From Candidatus Cloacimonadales bacterium (GTDB lineage: Bacteria > Cloacimonadota > Cloacimonadia > Cloacimonadales > JAIOQZ01): a DNA stretch of 64,000 nt. Of this stretch, positions 1 through 9,771 are shown one piece after another. The notes under the pieces are model-generated. The model made no database searches and had not been told where the DNA came from. It saw only the letters and a program-made list of their open reading frames with translations. How positions within the stretch are numbered: the stretch's first letter is position 1; each line of letters starts with the position of its first letter. The position numbers and the translations under genes were made by a program. The stretch spans positions 320,001 to 384,000 of the forward strand of contig OY762463.1 in the NCBI GenBank assembly GCA_963665815.1, in the 5' to 3' direction.

Positions 1-201
1 ACCAACTACGTTAACTTTAAGGTCAAATTTTTCTGACATATTAACGAGTTTGAAAGGGTGTTCAACAATCATTTCAAGGATTTCTCTACTGAGATATTCT
101 TTCATGTTTTTCTTGTTGATGATGCGTTTTCCTGTTCCAGGTGTAAGTCTTACTCTGGCTACAGCATTTTTTCTTCTTCCAACTGCATCAAAATATTGCA
201 T
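1..201 (-). CDS. rpsI: 30S ribosomal protein S9 (5' part; runs off window start)
   Basis: Manual translation of the minus strand from ATG at 201: MQYFDAVGRRKNAVARVRLTPGTGKRIINKK...; GRRK.AVARV motif; directly downstream of rplM. Confidence 0.97.
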   Translation of the reverse strand, partial: MQYFDAVGRRKNAVARVRLTPGTGKRIINKKNMKEYLSREILEMIVEHPFKLVNMSEKFDLKVNVVG

Positions 202-214
202 TAATTTCCTCCGT

Positions 215-640
215 TTAACTCAATGTTTTAGGAGCTTGAGCAATGTGTGGATGCTCTTCGCCGCAATAAACTTTAAGTTTCTTTAACATCTGTCTGCCTA
301 AAGCATTCTTTGGCAGCATGCCTTTTACAGCATTCTCAATAATTCTTTCCGGATGTTCAGACATCATTCTTTTGTAAGAAATCTGCTTTAATCCGCCAGG
401 ATATCCACTATATCGGTCGTATGTCTTCTGAAGCTCTTTATTTCTTGTAAGCTTCACATGCTCAGCGTTGATAACTACTACATAGTCACCAAGGTCAAGG
501 TTTGGGCTGAATTGCGGATTGTGCTTTCCTCTGAGGATAGCAGCAATCTTAGTAGAGATTCTACCCAGTACTTGATCTTTTGCATCAATAACATACCAGT
601 CGTGTGTAATATCCTTACCGCGTTTAGTAAGTGTTTTCAT
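215..640 (-). CDS. rplM: 50S ribosomal protein L13
   Basis: WYVIDAKDQVLGR, GDYVVVINA, YSGYPGGLK, AVKGMLPKN motifs. Confidence 0.99.
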   Translation of the reverse strand: MKTLTKRGKDITHDWYVIDAKDQVLGRISTKIAAILRGKHNPQFSPNLDLGDYVVVINAEHVKLTRNKELQKTYDRYSGYPGGLKQISYKRMMSEHPERIIENAVKGMLPKNALGRQMLKKLKVYCGEEHPHIAQAPKTLS

Positions 641-817
641 TACAACTCCTTTTGTATTTTTGCGAATAAATCAGGTCAAAATATTGACATAGCTGATTTT
701 GTGTCAAGTAAATTGACGTTTATGGACTTTAATTATCTGCAATTCATTTAAATATAAAAAAATAGAACATATTGTTCAAGCAAGTCAGAATATGGATTTG
801 ACATGCTAAATCATTTG

Positions 818-1348
818 TCAGCTGTTCTTTATAAACTTCATTTTGAATTGATATTTTGTTTTCTCTTTGACAGGTATTCTCCAGTTTGTCATAATAATGT
901 CTTCAATCTTGCTTAAGAACCTGTCTGAAAAGTAACTTCCCTGACCAGAAACGATATCTACTCCATCAACTCTGTCATTTTCATTTATATATAGAGTAAT
1001 CTCCAAAACCCCGTACATTTCTTCCAGTGATTTCTGAAACTCTCGCTTAATCTGTGACTGATATGTATTAACATAATTGCTGATGTTTACGGATTCTATT
1101 TCGCTTTGTTCCGGTTTCTCAATGTTCACTTGTTCCTCAGGCATCTTTTTGAACTTGTATGCCTGTGGATTTGCAACTTTGGAAGAACCTTTCTCACGAA
1201 TCACTTCTCTTCTGGATTTCACTGTTTTAGAGTTTGAAGCTACACTTTCGGTTCTGGCTTCCTTGTCTTTTCCACCAGAACATGATATTATAGTAAGCAG
1301 TGTACAAAGTGCAAGAGCTGATATGGTTATTACTTTTATCTTATTCAT
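818..1348 (-). CDS. Putative lipoprotein with TonB C-terminal-like domain
   Basis: Lipobox-like IISC after a hydrophobic stretch; C-terminal GVLEITLYIN...VDGVDIV...NWRIP...FKMKF resembles the TonB_C fold. Confidence 0.55.
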   Translation of the reverse strand: MNKIKVITISALALCTLLTIISCSGGKDKEARTESVASNSKTVKSRREVIREKGSSKVANPQAYKFKKMPEEQVNIEKPEQSEIESVNISNYVNTYQSQIKREFQKSLEEMYGVLEITLYINENDRVDGVDIVSGQGSYFSDRFLSKIEDIIMTNWRIPVKEKTKYQFKMKFIKNS

Positions 1349-1636
1349 TCATAATCTCCTTTTGTAGTAAAAAAACAGTACCTTCAAAATGAGTCAAACA
1401 AATTATTGTAAAAACATTGTAAATATAGGGGAATAATTATAGTAAGCTTAAACATGTCAATTAACATTTGCTTCGGATTCATCTCTGAATGATGTCTGCA
1501 GCTTCTTGTAGTAATCTAAGAGAAGTGGATATAGAGTATCAAACGGAGTACAATGGAAAGTGTTTAATTGCGCACAAAAATCAATTAAATAGCCTATTTA
1601 TTATATAAGTCCATTTTTTTTTTGAATTATATAAAC

Positions 1637-2746
1637 CTAATCACACCTACAAACAGACCTGTAAGTTTCCAGCAATTTCTGCATTCTTACTTGGTTGCTC
1701 ATATTCTCAACAATGAAATTTCGGATGTTCTTGCGATATTTTGCTGCAGCTTCAGGATTTTCCCTGATATCACACATAGCTTTATAAATAGCTTCTTCAT
1801 CCTTACATCCGACTAATAAACCAGTTTTGTGGTTCATTACAAGTTCTCTGTTACCTGCTACATCAGTACTTATGACAGGCAATCCAGATGCTCCTGCTTC
1901 TCTGATTGTTCCGGTAAGACCTTCCTGTGCGATTCCTGAGAAAACAAAGCCATCTAAACCAGCCATGCAATTCGACATATCTTTTCTGAATCCGAGAGGG
2001 ATGACTGTGCTATCGGGCAGAGACTGTACCATTTCCATAATCTTGGCAGTTTCATTAACTCCTATAAGAATCAGTTTGTCATCAGGATATTTCTTATGGT
2101 ATTCTTTAAATGCACCCAGCAGATATTTAAGACCTTTTCTCTTACCACCATTGCCTGCAAATCCCCAAACAAAAGAATCAACAATTTTCAGTTCCTGCCT
2201 GAGCGTGCTTTCCTTGTCAGGTGTGAAATCATCAGTATCAACACTACCGAAAACAACTTCAATTTTATCTGGATTGATTTTACCTGATTGTACCATTACA
2301 TCTTTTACAGATTGTGATACAGCAACAACTTTTGCTATTTTTGAAGTATGGTACTTGAGTGATTGAAATATATCAAGCTTATCTGTCACACCGCGATTTA
2401 CAATGAATTTGATCCCAAGCCCAAGTGAAGCCAGGAATACGAGGTCAGCTGTAGCGCTTTTATGAGCATGAATAATATCAAATTTCTCTTCTTTTAGGTA
2501 CTTTCTGAGTTTCAGGATAGATTTAATATCAATATTGTTAAACTTAAGCCTGGGCAGTTTCATGCGTCTAAAGTCTATATTGTTATTGTAGAACTCAGAA
2601 AAATGAGAATCATCTATTTGGGGATCATAGCCCATGACAGCTTTAATTGTGTGGTTAGTTTCGTTAAGTGATTTGGACAAACGAAAAAGCTGGATAGCTC
2701 CACCGCTTTTAAGTCTGGTCTGATAGGATATTTGCAGTATCTTCAT
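1637..2746 (-). CDS. Glycosyltransferase family 4 (GT-B)
   Basis: N-terminal GGA, FDIIHAH, KGL, EG....IREAGASGLPVISTDVAGNRELV motif. Confidence 0.92.
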   Translation of the reverse strand: MKILQISYQTRLKSGGAIQLFRLSKSLNETNHTIKAVMGYDPQIDDSHFSEFYNNNIDFRRMKLPRLKFNNIDIKSILKLRKYLKEEKFDIIHAHKSATADLVFLASLGLGIKFIVNRGVTDKLDIFQSLKYHTSKIAKVVAVSQSVKDVMVQSGKINPDKIEVVFGSVDTDDFTPDKESTLRQELKIVDSFVWGFAGNGGKRKGLKYLLGAFKEYHKKYPDDKLILIGVNETAKIMEMVQSLPDSTVIPLGFRKDMSNCMAGLDGFVFSGIAQEGLTGTIREAGASGLPVISTDVAGNRELVMNHKTGLLVGCKDEEAIYKAMCDIRENPEAAAKYRKNIRNFIVENMSNQVRMQKLLETYRSVCRCD

Positions 2747-2957
2747 ATAGTTTTATATCTCCGATATGTTAAAGGATTGATATTTGACAATCTGTCAAGC
2801 CATATTCATTATCTCCTGATAAAATACTGATGAGTATACTGGATCCTTAACAATTCCTGAACAATACATTGACAGACTTAAAGATTATTTCTTCATTATA
2901 ATTAATCGAAACAATTATGAAGAAGAACGTTTTAGTTTTAAATAAACTGGAGAATGA

Positions 2958-3689
2958 ATGAAATATATATTAATTTTTATGCTGCTTCTATCAACTTCGA
3001 TAAGTATCAGCGCAATAGATGAAAGGTTATCGGCAGATGTTTATCCGGTAGATGATAACAGGATTTCAGACTACATATCATGGATAGTTCCTATATCATT
3101 TATCACTTATGGGGTAATAGGTATTGAAAGTGATGATCTCAAACTTTTCAATAGTGAAATTAAAGAAGAGGTTAACGAACATATTGATGAAAAGTTCACA
3201 ATTGATGATGTTTCCCAGTATGTTCCATTTTCTGCAGTTTATGTATTGAACAGCCTGGGAATAGATGGGAAGCACAGCTTAAGAGACAGAACTTTGATTC
3301 TCGGTACAGCTTATGGCATAATGGGGACTTCTGTTTTAACACTTAAGCATTCAATTACATTGAAGCGTCCTGATGGTTCTACAAATAATTCTTTTCCATC
3401 CGGACATACGGCTACTGCATTCATGGGGGCAGAGTTTTTGTATCAGGAATTTAAGCACGAGTCTATCTGGTTTGGAATTGCAGGATATACTATAGCTGCG
3501 GGAACTGGGGCTTTCAGAATGTATAATGACAGACACTGGTTTACTGATGTAGTTGCCGGAGCAGGATTTGGAATCCTGAGTACAAAGCTTTCCTATCTGC
3601 TGTACGAGAAAAAGCTCAGACATATTACATCTTTCAGTATAAGTCCTTATGCTAATGATAATAAATACGGACTGTCAGTTACGTTTTAG
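2958..3689 (+). CDS. PAP2 family phosphatase with signal peptide
   Basis: K......RP, SFPSGHT and R.YNDRHWFTDV.AG motifs. Confidence 0.92.
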   Translation: MKYILIFMLLLSTSISISAIDERLSADVYPVDDNRISDYISWIVPISFITYGVIGIESDDLKLFNSEIKEEVNEHIDEKFTIDDVSQYVPFSAVYVLNSLGIDGKHSLRDRTLILGTAYGIMGTSVLTLKHSITLKRPDGSTNNSFPSGHTATAFMGAEFLYQEFKHESIWFGIAGYTIAAGTGAFRMYNDRHWFTDVVAGAGFGILSTKLSYLLYEKKLRHITSFSISPYANDNKYGLSVTF

Positions 3690-3970
3690 CCTTTTTTCGA
3701 TGAGTTGGCTATATGAAACATATAATTGGAAGGAGCTCCTGCTGACTATGAAAGACTGGGCTTCAGTGCTGAGATTCGAAATAATGTACATCGCATAGTG
3801 TTTTGCCTTATTGAACGAATTTAAATCACTTACAAAAGTGATTTGTCGAACGTATAATCTTGCATCTTCCAGTCTCCATAAAATCTAATACCTTGTAAGT
3901 CATATCAAACAATGGGAACAATATTATAAAGGAATCCCCATAAAAATCCAACAAATCTTATACTTTTTTA

Positions 3971-3998
3971 TTGACATCCTGAAACAAAGAGCTAACTT
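3971..3998 (+). promoter_or_regulatory. Candidate sigma70-type promoter upstream of the flagellin gene
   Basis: TTGACA (3971-3976), 16 nt spacer, TAACTT (3993-3998). Confidence 0.45.
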
Positions 3999-4110
3999 AT
4001 TGTCAGGTTAGATAAGCACAATCTCCACAGAACAGGTTACCAAGGTCCCAATACCCTCTGACAATTATTATATTGATAAATCATGCAGCAGCTATATATT
4101 GGAGATATAT

Positions 4111-4998
4111 ATGGCTTTAAGTATTGATACTTCGTACTTGTCAAACATGATTTCAGGCAATCTGAACAATATTATTGATAATCTGACAACTTCCCTGGAA
4201 AGATTATCATCCGGGCTGCGTATAAACTCTTCTTCGGACGATCCGGCCGGACTTGCCAAAAGTGAATTAATGCGTGCTTCTATTGCAACCTACGATCAGG
4301 CCAAAGCAAATGCAAACGATGCTGTTTCTCTTATTCAGACTGCAGAAGGATCGCTGGATATCATTGATGAGAAACTCACCCGTATGAAAGAACTTGCTGA
4401 GCAATCATCTACCGGAACATATACAACATCTCAACGCTCAATTATGCAGTCAGAGTTTACACTTATGGGAGCAGAAATTGACAGGATTGCAGGTTCTACA
4501 ACGTATAATGGCATAAAACTCCTCGATGGCTCTCAGGATTCTTCTTCTACCTGGACATCAAGTGGGGGATGGACTGAACCTGATGGTGGTATTCGCATTC
4601 AGGTTGATGATGGTTCTTCAAGAGCTGAGGACTACTACTATATAACAATTCCTGATACAACTTCCAGTAGTCTGTTCAATAATCAGACAGTTGCAATCTC
4701 AACTCAGACAGCAGCTACTAATGCTCTGGATGTTATCAACACAGCAATAATCAATAAAGAGAATGCCAGAAGCTGGCTGGGAGCTCTGGAAAACAGACTT
4801 GAGGGCACAATAAACAATCTTGAAGCCAAAACTCTTGCACTTGAAAGTGCTGAATCAAACATAATGGATATGGATATTGCCACAGAAATGACCGAGTATG
4901 TCAAGAATACAGTTTTACTGCAGGCGGCAACTGCTATTCTCGCTCAGGCGAATGTATTTCCTTCTCTCGCTTTGGATCTTATAGAAGGACTTAATTAG
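4111..4998 (+). CDS. fliC: Flagellin (minimal D0/D1 type), isolated from other flagellar genes
   Basis: SLERLSSGLRINSSSDDPAGLA, SLIQTAEGSL, LGALENRLE, AESNIMDMDIATEMT, ILAQAN; ATG at 4111 follows GGAG. Confidence 0.93.
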   Translation: MALSIDTSYLSNMISGNLNNIIDNLTTSLERLSSGLRINSSSDDPAGLAKSELMRASIATYDQAKANANDAVSLIQTAEGSLDIIDEKLTRMKELAEQSSTGTYTTSQRSIMQSEFTLMGAEIDRIAGSTTYNGIKLLDGSQDSSSTWTSSGGWTEPDGGIRIQVDDGSSRAEDYYYITIPDTTSSSLFNNQTVAISTQTAATNALDVINTAIINKENARSWLGALENRLEGTINNLEAKTLALESAESNIMDMDIATEMTEYVKNTVLLQAATAILAQANVFPSLALDLIEGLN

Positions 4999-5563
4999 TT
5001 TTTCTATGGATAATGAAGTATGCAAGTGTATAGGTGTCGTTAAATAACCAGATTAATCTCTCTTTCATCATGTTACGGATTTCAGTCTTAAGTGAATCTA
5101 CTCTAACAGAATCTGGTTCAGCTAAAGTTATCTCTGCTTTAAGCATATTCTGAAGCTTTTCTGTTTTATCGATCTTCTCCTGATCAAACTTCTCTCGTTT
5201 CATGTACATGTGTTGATCAACAAGTTTATCAATGTTTCTGGAGGCATATTCAACAGCAGCCTGAAGAGAATCCGGGAAAGCAATAATCAGCTTAACCGAA
5301 TCTTCCGTTTCACTTCTGTAGTATGTTTTAATTTCTTTGAAGTAGAGAAGAGTGTTAAACTGAGCGATAGCAGTTTCAAGTGAATCCACTTCGAACTCTC
5401 TTTTCAGCTTAAGAAAAATCTTATTCGTCTCAAAAACCTCATCAGGATTTAAATTCGCATAGATATTCTTTTTCTCTACTATTTGTTTGTTACACCCTGT
5501 TAATTGATATAATACCGTAAATGATACAATGAACACCAAAAGTGTTATAAAATTTTTTTTCAT
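4991..5563 (-). CDS. Hypothetical lipoprotein
   Basis: Signal peptide with LTGC lipobox; helical body; convergent 8-bp overlap with the flagellin gene. Confidence 0.7.
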   Translation of the reverse strand: MKKNFITLLVFIVSFTVLYQLTGCNKQIVEKKNIYANLNPDEVFETNKIFLKLKREFEVDSLETAIAQFNTLLYFKEIKTYYRSETEDSVKLIIAFPDSLQAAVEYASRNIDKLVDQHMYMKREKFDQEKIDKTEKLQNMLKAEITLAEPDSVRVDSLKTEIRNMMKERLIWLFNDTYTLAYFIIHRKTN

Positions 5564-5581
5564 TAAGTAAGTTCCATTCTG

Positions 5582-6415
5582 CTATTTATTTCTAATGATA
5601 TGATATAACCTTTGTCCCATACTAGAAACATTTTTATTAGAATCGCTTTTCCAATCTTGAATTGTTCTTTGAGTAAGCATAATGAATTCCTGAGTTTTGT
5701 CTCTTTTACTCTTCTGGATTACAATATTTGCTAGTTTTTTCATTGAAACCCAGAGTGTTTTTAGTCTTCTTTCATTGGCGTTTGTCAACCATTCATGAAT
5801 AAACGGATAACAGTCTGCAGGACGGCTTCTTGCGACCTGAGTAAGAATATGAGTGATTTTCTTCTGTACTTCCATGCTTTCGTCATCAATAGCTTTGTTA
5901 ATGAAATCCATAATGTAAAGAGGATCTCGGTGAGCTATATTTTCCATACCGTGAAATGATAATGCTCTTTGTTTTTCACTTTCGGATTCAAGCCAGACAA
6001 GCATTCTTTCTTTCATTACTTTAGGGAATCTTTTCCACATGTCGTTGATAATGCTTTCTACTTCCCATGGAACGCTCTCAAAGGTTTTGCCTACAATATC
6101 AAGAATTTTTACAGGATCATTTGAATACAGATTGTAATAATAGAACAACCCTGTAGCTCTGATTCCGTAGAATTTATGTTTAAGCATGTCATCGCATATT
6201 TCGCTCATTAATTCAATATTTTTATATTTCACCATGGCTTTTCCCATATACTCTCTAATGAAGTAGTTAGGGGATTTAGCATAGCCATTCAGTAACTTTA
6301 CAGCTTTTGCTTTTGATTGTTTAGTCCCTTTATCCAGTAAATCGAAAATTTCCTCTAAATTGGCGTCAATTTCCTTTAAAGTAGATGTTTCCAGTCTGCC
6401 AATATCTTTCAGCAT
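5582..6415 (-). CDS. HEAT-repeat protein (DNA alkylation repair AlkD-like family possible)
   Basis: Repeated helical units (SPNYFIRE, WLESESEKQR, DDESMEVQK, WKSDSNKNV) typical of HEAT repeats. Confidence 0.55.
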   Translation of the reverse strand: MLKDIGRLETSTLKEIDANLEEIFDLLDKGTKQSKAKAVKLLNGYAKSPNYFIREYMGKAMVKYKNIELMSEICDDMLKHKFYGIRATGLFYYYNLYSNDPVKILDIVGKTFESVPWEVESIINDMWKRFPKVMKERMLVWLESESEKQRALSFHGMENIAHRDPLYIMDFINKAIDDESMEVQKKITHILTQVARSRPADCYPFIHEWLTNANERRLKTLWVSMKKLANIVIQKSKRDKTQEFIMLTQRTIQDWKSDSNKNVSSMGQRLYHIIRNK

Positions 6416-6707
6416 TGTTTCCTCTCTTTTGTTATACTAAGCGTACAATTAATAAGTGACAATAATGTGTTTATTACACAGGTTGTTATTAATAGATACG
6501 TGATTTCTTATTCTTAATGCAAAATCTATTCCAAATAGTGTCGGTTTTGCATGAGATTTTTTTTAATAATCGTAATCAGAGATAAATTAAGATAATTGTT
6601 TTAAATGTCAATAACAATTTTGCATAAATTATTGAAAAATATCGACATTGAAATGTTGAATGTAATGTTTGCCAGTTCGTTGCGAAAGATTTTCAAGCAT
6701 TTTAAGT

Positions 6708-6740
6708 AAAAAAAGAGATCACTCAAATGAATGATCTCTC
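6708..6740 (-). terminator. Rho-independent terminator of the nucleotidase operon
   Basis: GAGATCA..TGATCTC stem with an A-run on + (U-run on -) just after the stop at 6765. Confidence 0.7.
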
Positions 6741-6764
6741 AGGTATATATTACATAATATTATG

Positions 6765-8420
6765 CTATTTATTAAGTTCCTTAATTAACTGAGGATCCAT
6801 TTCAGAATTATCATCTTTTTTCCATCGATCATCAATTCTTGCTTTTACAGGTGAATTTTTACGAATATAATCAGCAATTACATCACGCATATTGTTCTCC
6901 AGACGTGTTATGTCTTCTTCAGGAACCTGCGTAAGGAGTGTAAGTCCTGCATTTCCCTGCATGAGAAAGTCAGTTGTGACAATAGTATAAATCTTGTCTT
7001 TATCCCAAGGCTCTCCACCGATAAGCAGTTTTGTCACCCTGTCAAAGTTTTTTCGTTTACGATTATACACAACGTTTACACCTGATACCCTCAAACCATG
7101 TCTTGAGCCTTCAACCCTTTTCTCGATGATTCTCTTGAGAAACTCACCGGAAGCTTTGAAGACAACAAGCTGGTTATCGAATGGCTGAACATTGAACACT
7201 TCTCTATAGGTTATAGGACCCAGATCGATTTCATCTCTGATTCCTCCAAGGTTAAGGAATGAGAAATCTGCATTGGTTGCTTCACGCATTACATCAACAA
7301 TAAAATTACCAATTACACTTTGAGCACCTGTACCGGATTTAGAAAGAAATACAGATGTTTCACCAATGACTTCATCCATACCTTTTTCGGCCTTTTTTCT
7401 TCTTTCTTCAATAAATCCATACATATCTTTATCAGGAATTATCTGGTCTTCAAACAAGGTTACAAGAATGCCCTTTTCAGTCGGAGCTTCCCAACCGGAA
7501 AGCTGTTTGGTTTCTTTATCTATTTTGATAAGAATATGTCCGAGACTGCTTCCATAAGCATATCCCTGAATACATAGAGTATGAGTTACAGGATCTTCCC
7601 AGGGCTCATCAAAACCTTTATGCATGTGTCCACCGATAATCAGGTCAATACCATCAACCTCATGAGCGAGTTCCTGAGAATCAAGTCCCCAACGGTACTC
7701 TCTTTCACGCTTTTTGTCACCATATCTGTAGTCATATGTAGGCTGCGGTGTGTAGGGGAGACCCATGTGACCGGCAACAATAACAATATCGGCACCTTCA
7801 TCTTTTACGATCTTGATATATTTTTCCACAGCAGGTTTTACCGGAGTGAAGTCTATATTCTTTATATGTTCAGGGAAACTCATCATTTCTGTATCTGTTG
7901 TTGTAACACCGATAATACCAATTTTAACTCCCATTTTTTCAACCATTAAATATGGTTGAACATAGTCTACGAGTTTTCCTGTTTTCTTATTTATAATGTT
8001 GCAGGCAAGAATAGGAATTTTGGAATGTTCATATGTTTTTATCAGCTCATCTTCACCAATATCATATTCGTGATTACCAACAACAGTCAGATCATAACCA
8101 ATCTTATTCATGTATTCCATAACAGATACACCTTTAGAAACAGTTCCAATAGGGTGTCCCTGAAAGAAATCTCCAACATCAATAAGCAGGTTATCTCTTT
8201 GTTCTCCTGATTTCTCTCTGACTTCTTTGATATATGTTGCAGCTACTGCACCTCCACCAAGCATAGGAGGAAATTCCGGATTCATGAATGTTGCAGGATA
8301 TCTGTCAATACCACCATGGATATCGTTTGAGAACATTATATCAAGTATTAAATCTTCAGCTGTCAGATATGACAGAAGGAAGAGAATTGCTGTAATTAAA
8401 AGTATTTTCTTTGAGATCAT
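6765..8420 (-). CDS. Secreted bifunctional metallophosphatase / 5'-nucleotidase
   Basis: Signal peptide; NDIHG, GDFFQG, GNHEYD, GGHMH motifs; C-terminal NLGGIR...QPFDN 5'-nucleotidase domain. Confidence 0.93.
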   Translation of the reverse strand: MISKKILLITAILFLLSYLTAEDLILDIMFSNDIHGGIDRYPATFMNPEFPPMLGGGAVAATYIKEVREKSGEQRDNLLIDVGDFFQGHPIGTVSKGVSVMEYMNKIGYDLTVVGNHEYDIGEDELIKTYEHSKIPILACNIINKKTGKLVDYVQPYLMVEKMGVKIGIIGVTTTDTEMMSFPEHIKNIDFTPVKPAVEKYIKIVKDEGADIVIVAGHMGLPYTPQPTYDYRYGDKKREREYRWGLDSQELAHEVDGIDLIIGGHMHKGFDEPWEDPVTHTLCIQGYAYGSSLGHILIKIDKETKQLSGWEAPTEKGILVTLFEDQIIPDKDMYGFIEERRKKAEKGMDEVIGETSVFLSKSGTGAQSVIGNFIVDVMREATNADFSFLNLGGIRDEIDLGPITYREVFNVQPFDNQLVVFKASGEFLKRIIEKRVEGSRHGLRVSGVNVVYNRKRKNFDRVTKLLIGGEPWDKDKIYTIVTTDFLMQGNAGLTLLTQVPEEDITRLENNMRDVIADYIRKNSPVKARIDDRWKKDDNSEMDPQLIKELNK

Positions 8421-8429
8421 ATTACCTCA

Positions 8430-9761
8430 TTACCAATGGAAGGATAAACCTGAGTATAACAGCAGAGTTGACTCTTCCACTTCTTCGTTTTCATTATGAT
8501 TAACTTTTGCTGTTCTCCAGAATTTAGATTCTTCATAAGCGTTTGTATACTGAAGATCATCATAATATCTGTCTTCAAACAAGTCTTCCTGTTTGTAGAG
8601 TCTGTTTGTATAAATCGCCGAAATATCCATTGTAAGGTTATCAATAATTTCGAAACCTGTTCCAACGGTGATTGTCTGGTGAATAAGTGATTTGTCTTTT
8701 GGAGAATGTTCATACCTGAAACCGCATCTTAAAGGAATACGGTTTTCAATTTTATGCTCCATACCAACGTAATAGCTTAATACATCTTCGTAACTGTCAT
8801 ATACATCAGACCAGTTTGTCAGTTCCATTTCAAAGTTGAAGAAAGTTCTGAACTCGTTCCTTGGCATGAATGTTGTACCAAATCTGATACTGGAAGGAAG
8901 TGTGAAATCTGTTGTGGTTTCTTCAAGACCAGCTATTGTAACATCGCAATCTACATCTGTCTCAGGCTTAAAACTGAAACCAAGATTGATTCTTTCATTC
9001 ACATCAATTACTGCTCCGAAGTTTAATTGTGTACCTGAGAACTCACGTTTTTCAGTTTGATAATAATCCGGAAGCTGGAAGTAAGCAGCTACGGAATCTC
9101 TTGCTCTTTGTGTCCATGTTATAGATTTTGTATATTCATGTTCCCCGGTAAGGAATGATACTGTTACCCCAATAGAAGCTTTATCAATAAAATCCATACC
9201 ATATATGTTGTTGAACTTCGTGGCAAATGTTATGTCAAAAGCATTAAGAGCACCTTCATTTTCAATCTTGTTTTTTGCAACAACAAAAGGATACATTTCA
9301 AAATCTGAGTCACCATCAGTTCTGACATCTTCTGAGTAGTCAGAATTGAAGTCTATTGCAGGTCTGTAAGCGATACCGACAGAGTATTGGTTTTCGCCTG
9401 CTTTATATGAATAACCGGCAGCTGCAGCAAAGTTAGAATAGAAGTTTTGCTCCTGATTATAAACAGCATCTCCTACTTTTGAATCAAAATAGTTATAAGC
9501 AGGTATTTTCCTGTCTTCTTTATGATAAGAAGAAAGATTTACCAGTTGAAAGCTGAATTTATTGTCAGGCAGTGAGAGGGTTGCAGGGTTTATGGTTGCA
9601 TCGAGTCCGTTTACGGAATACGCAACCCCTGTTGATCCCATACCTGCGGATCTTGGGTTTACAGTATCAATTCTATTTCCGATGTTATCGCTGTCATAGA
9701 GCGAAAACGAGAATAGAGATGTACAGATTATCAGAAAAAGCATTATATTAATATATTTCAT
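8430..9761 (-). CDS. Outer-membrane beta-barrel, FadL/PorV-like
   Basis: Signal peptide; RSAGMG...A....NPATL N-terminal motif; amphipathic strands; terminal aromatic residue (SFHW). Confidence 0.7.
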   Translation of the reverse strand: MKYINIMLFLIICTSLFSFSLYDSDNIGNRIDTVNPRSAGMGSTGVAYSVNGLDATINPATLSLPDNKFSFQLVNLSSYHKEDRKIPAYNYFDSKVGDAVYNQEQNFYSNFAAAAGYSYKAGENQYSVGIAYRPAIDFNSDYSEDVRTDGDSDFEMYPFVVAKNKIENEGALNAFDITFATKFNNIYGMDFIDKASIGVTVSFLTGEHEYTKSITWTQRARDSVAAYFQLPDYYQTEKREFSGTQLNFGAVIDVNERINLGFSFKPETDVDCDVTIAGLEETTTDFTLPSSIRFGTTFMPRNEFRTFFNFEMELTNWSDVYDSYEDVLSYYVGMEHKIENRIPLRCGFRYEHSPKDKSLIHQTITVGTGFEIIDNLTMDISAIYTNRLYKQEDLFEDRYYDDLQYTNAYEESKFWRTAKVNHNENEEVEESTLLLYSGLSFHW

Positions 9762-9771
9762 TCATCCTCCG

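Noticed and set aside
685-708. TTGACA...TGTCAA inverted pairs (also 2784-2798) as a regulator-binding motif
   Set aside because: Spacing differs between instances; explained more simply by -35 boxes on opposite strands
8417-8713. 98-aa ORF overlapping the barrel gene, and many other short overlapping ORFs in the track
   Set aside because: Alternate-frame or antisense shadows of well-supported genes, with no motifs or RBS
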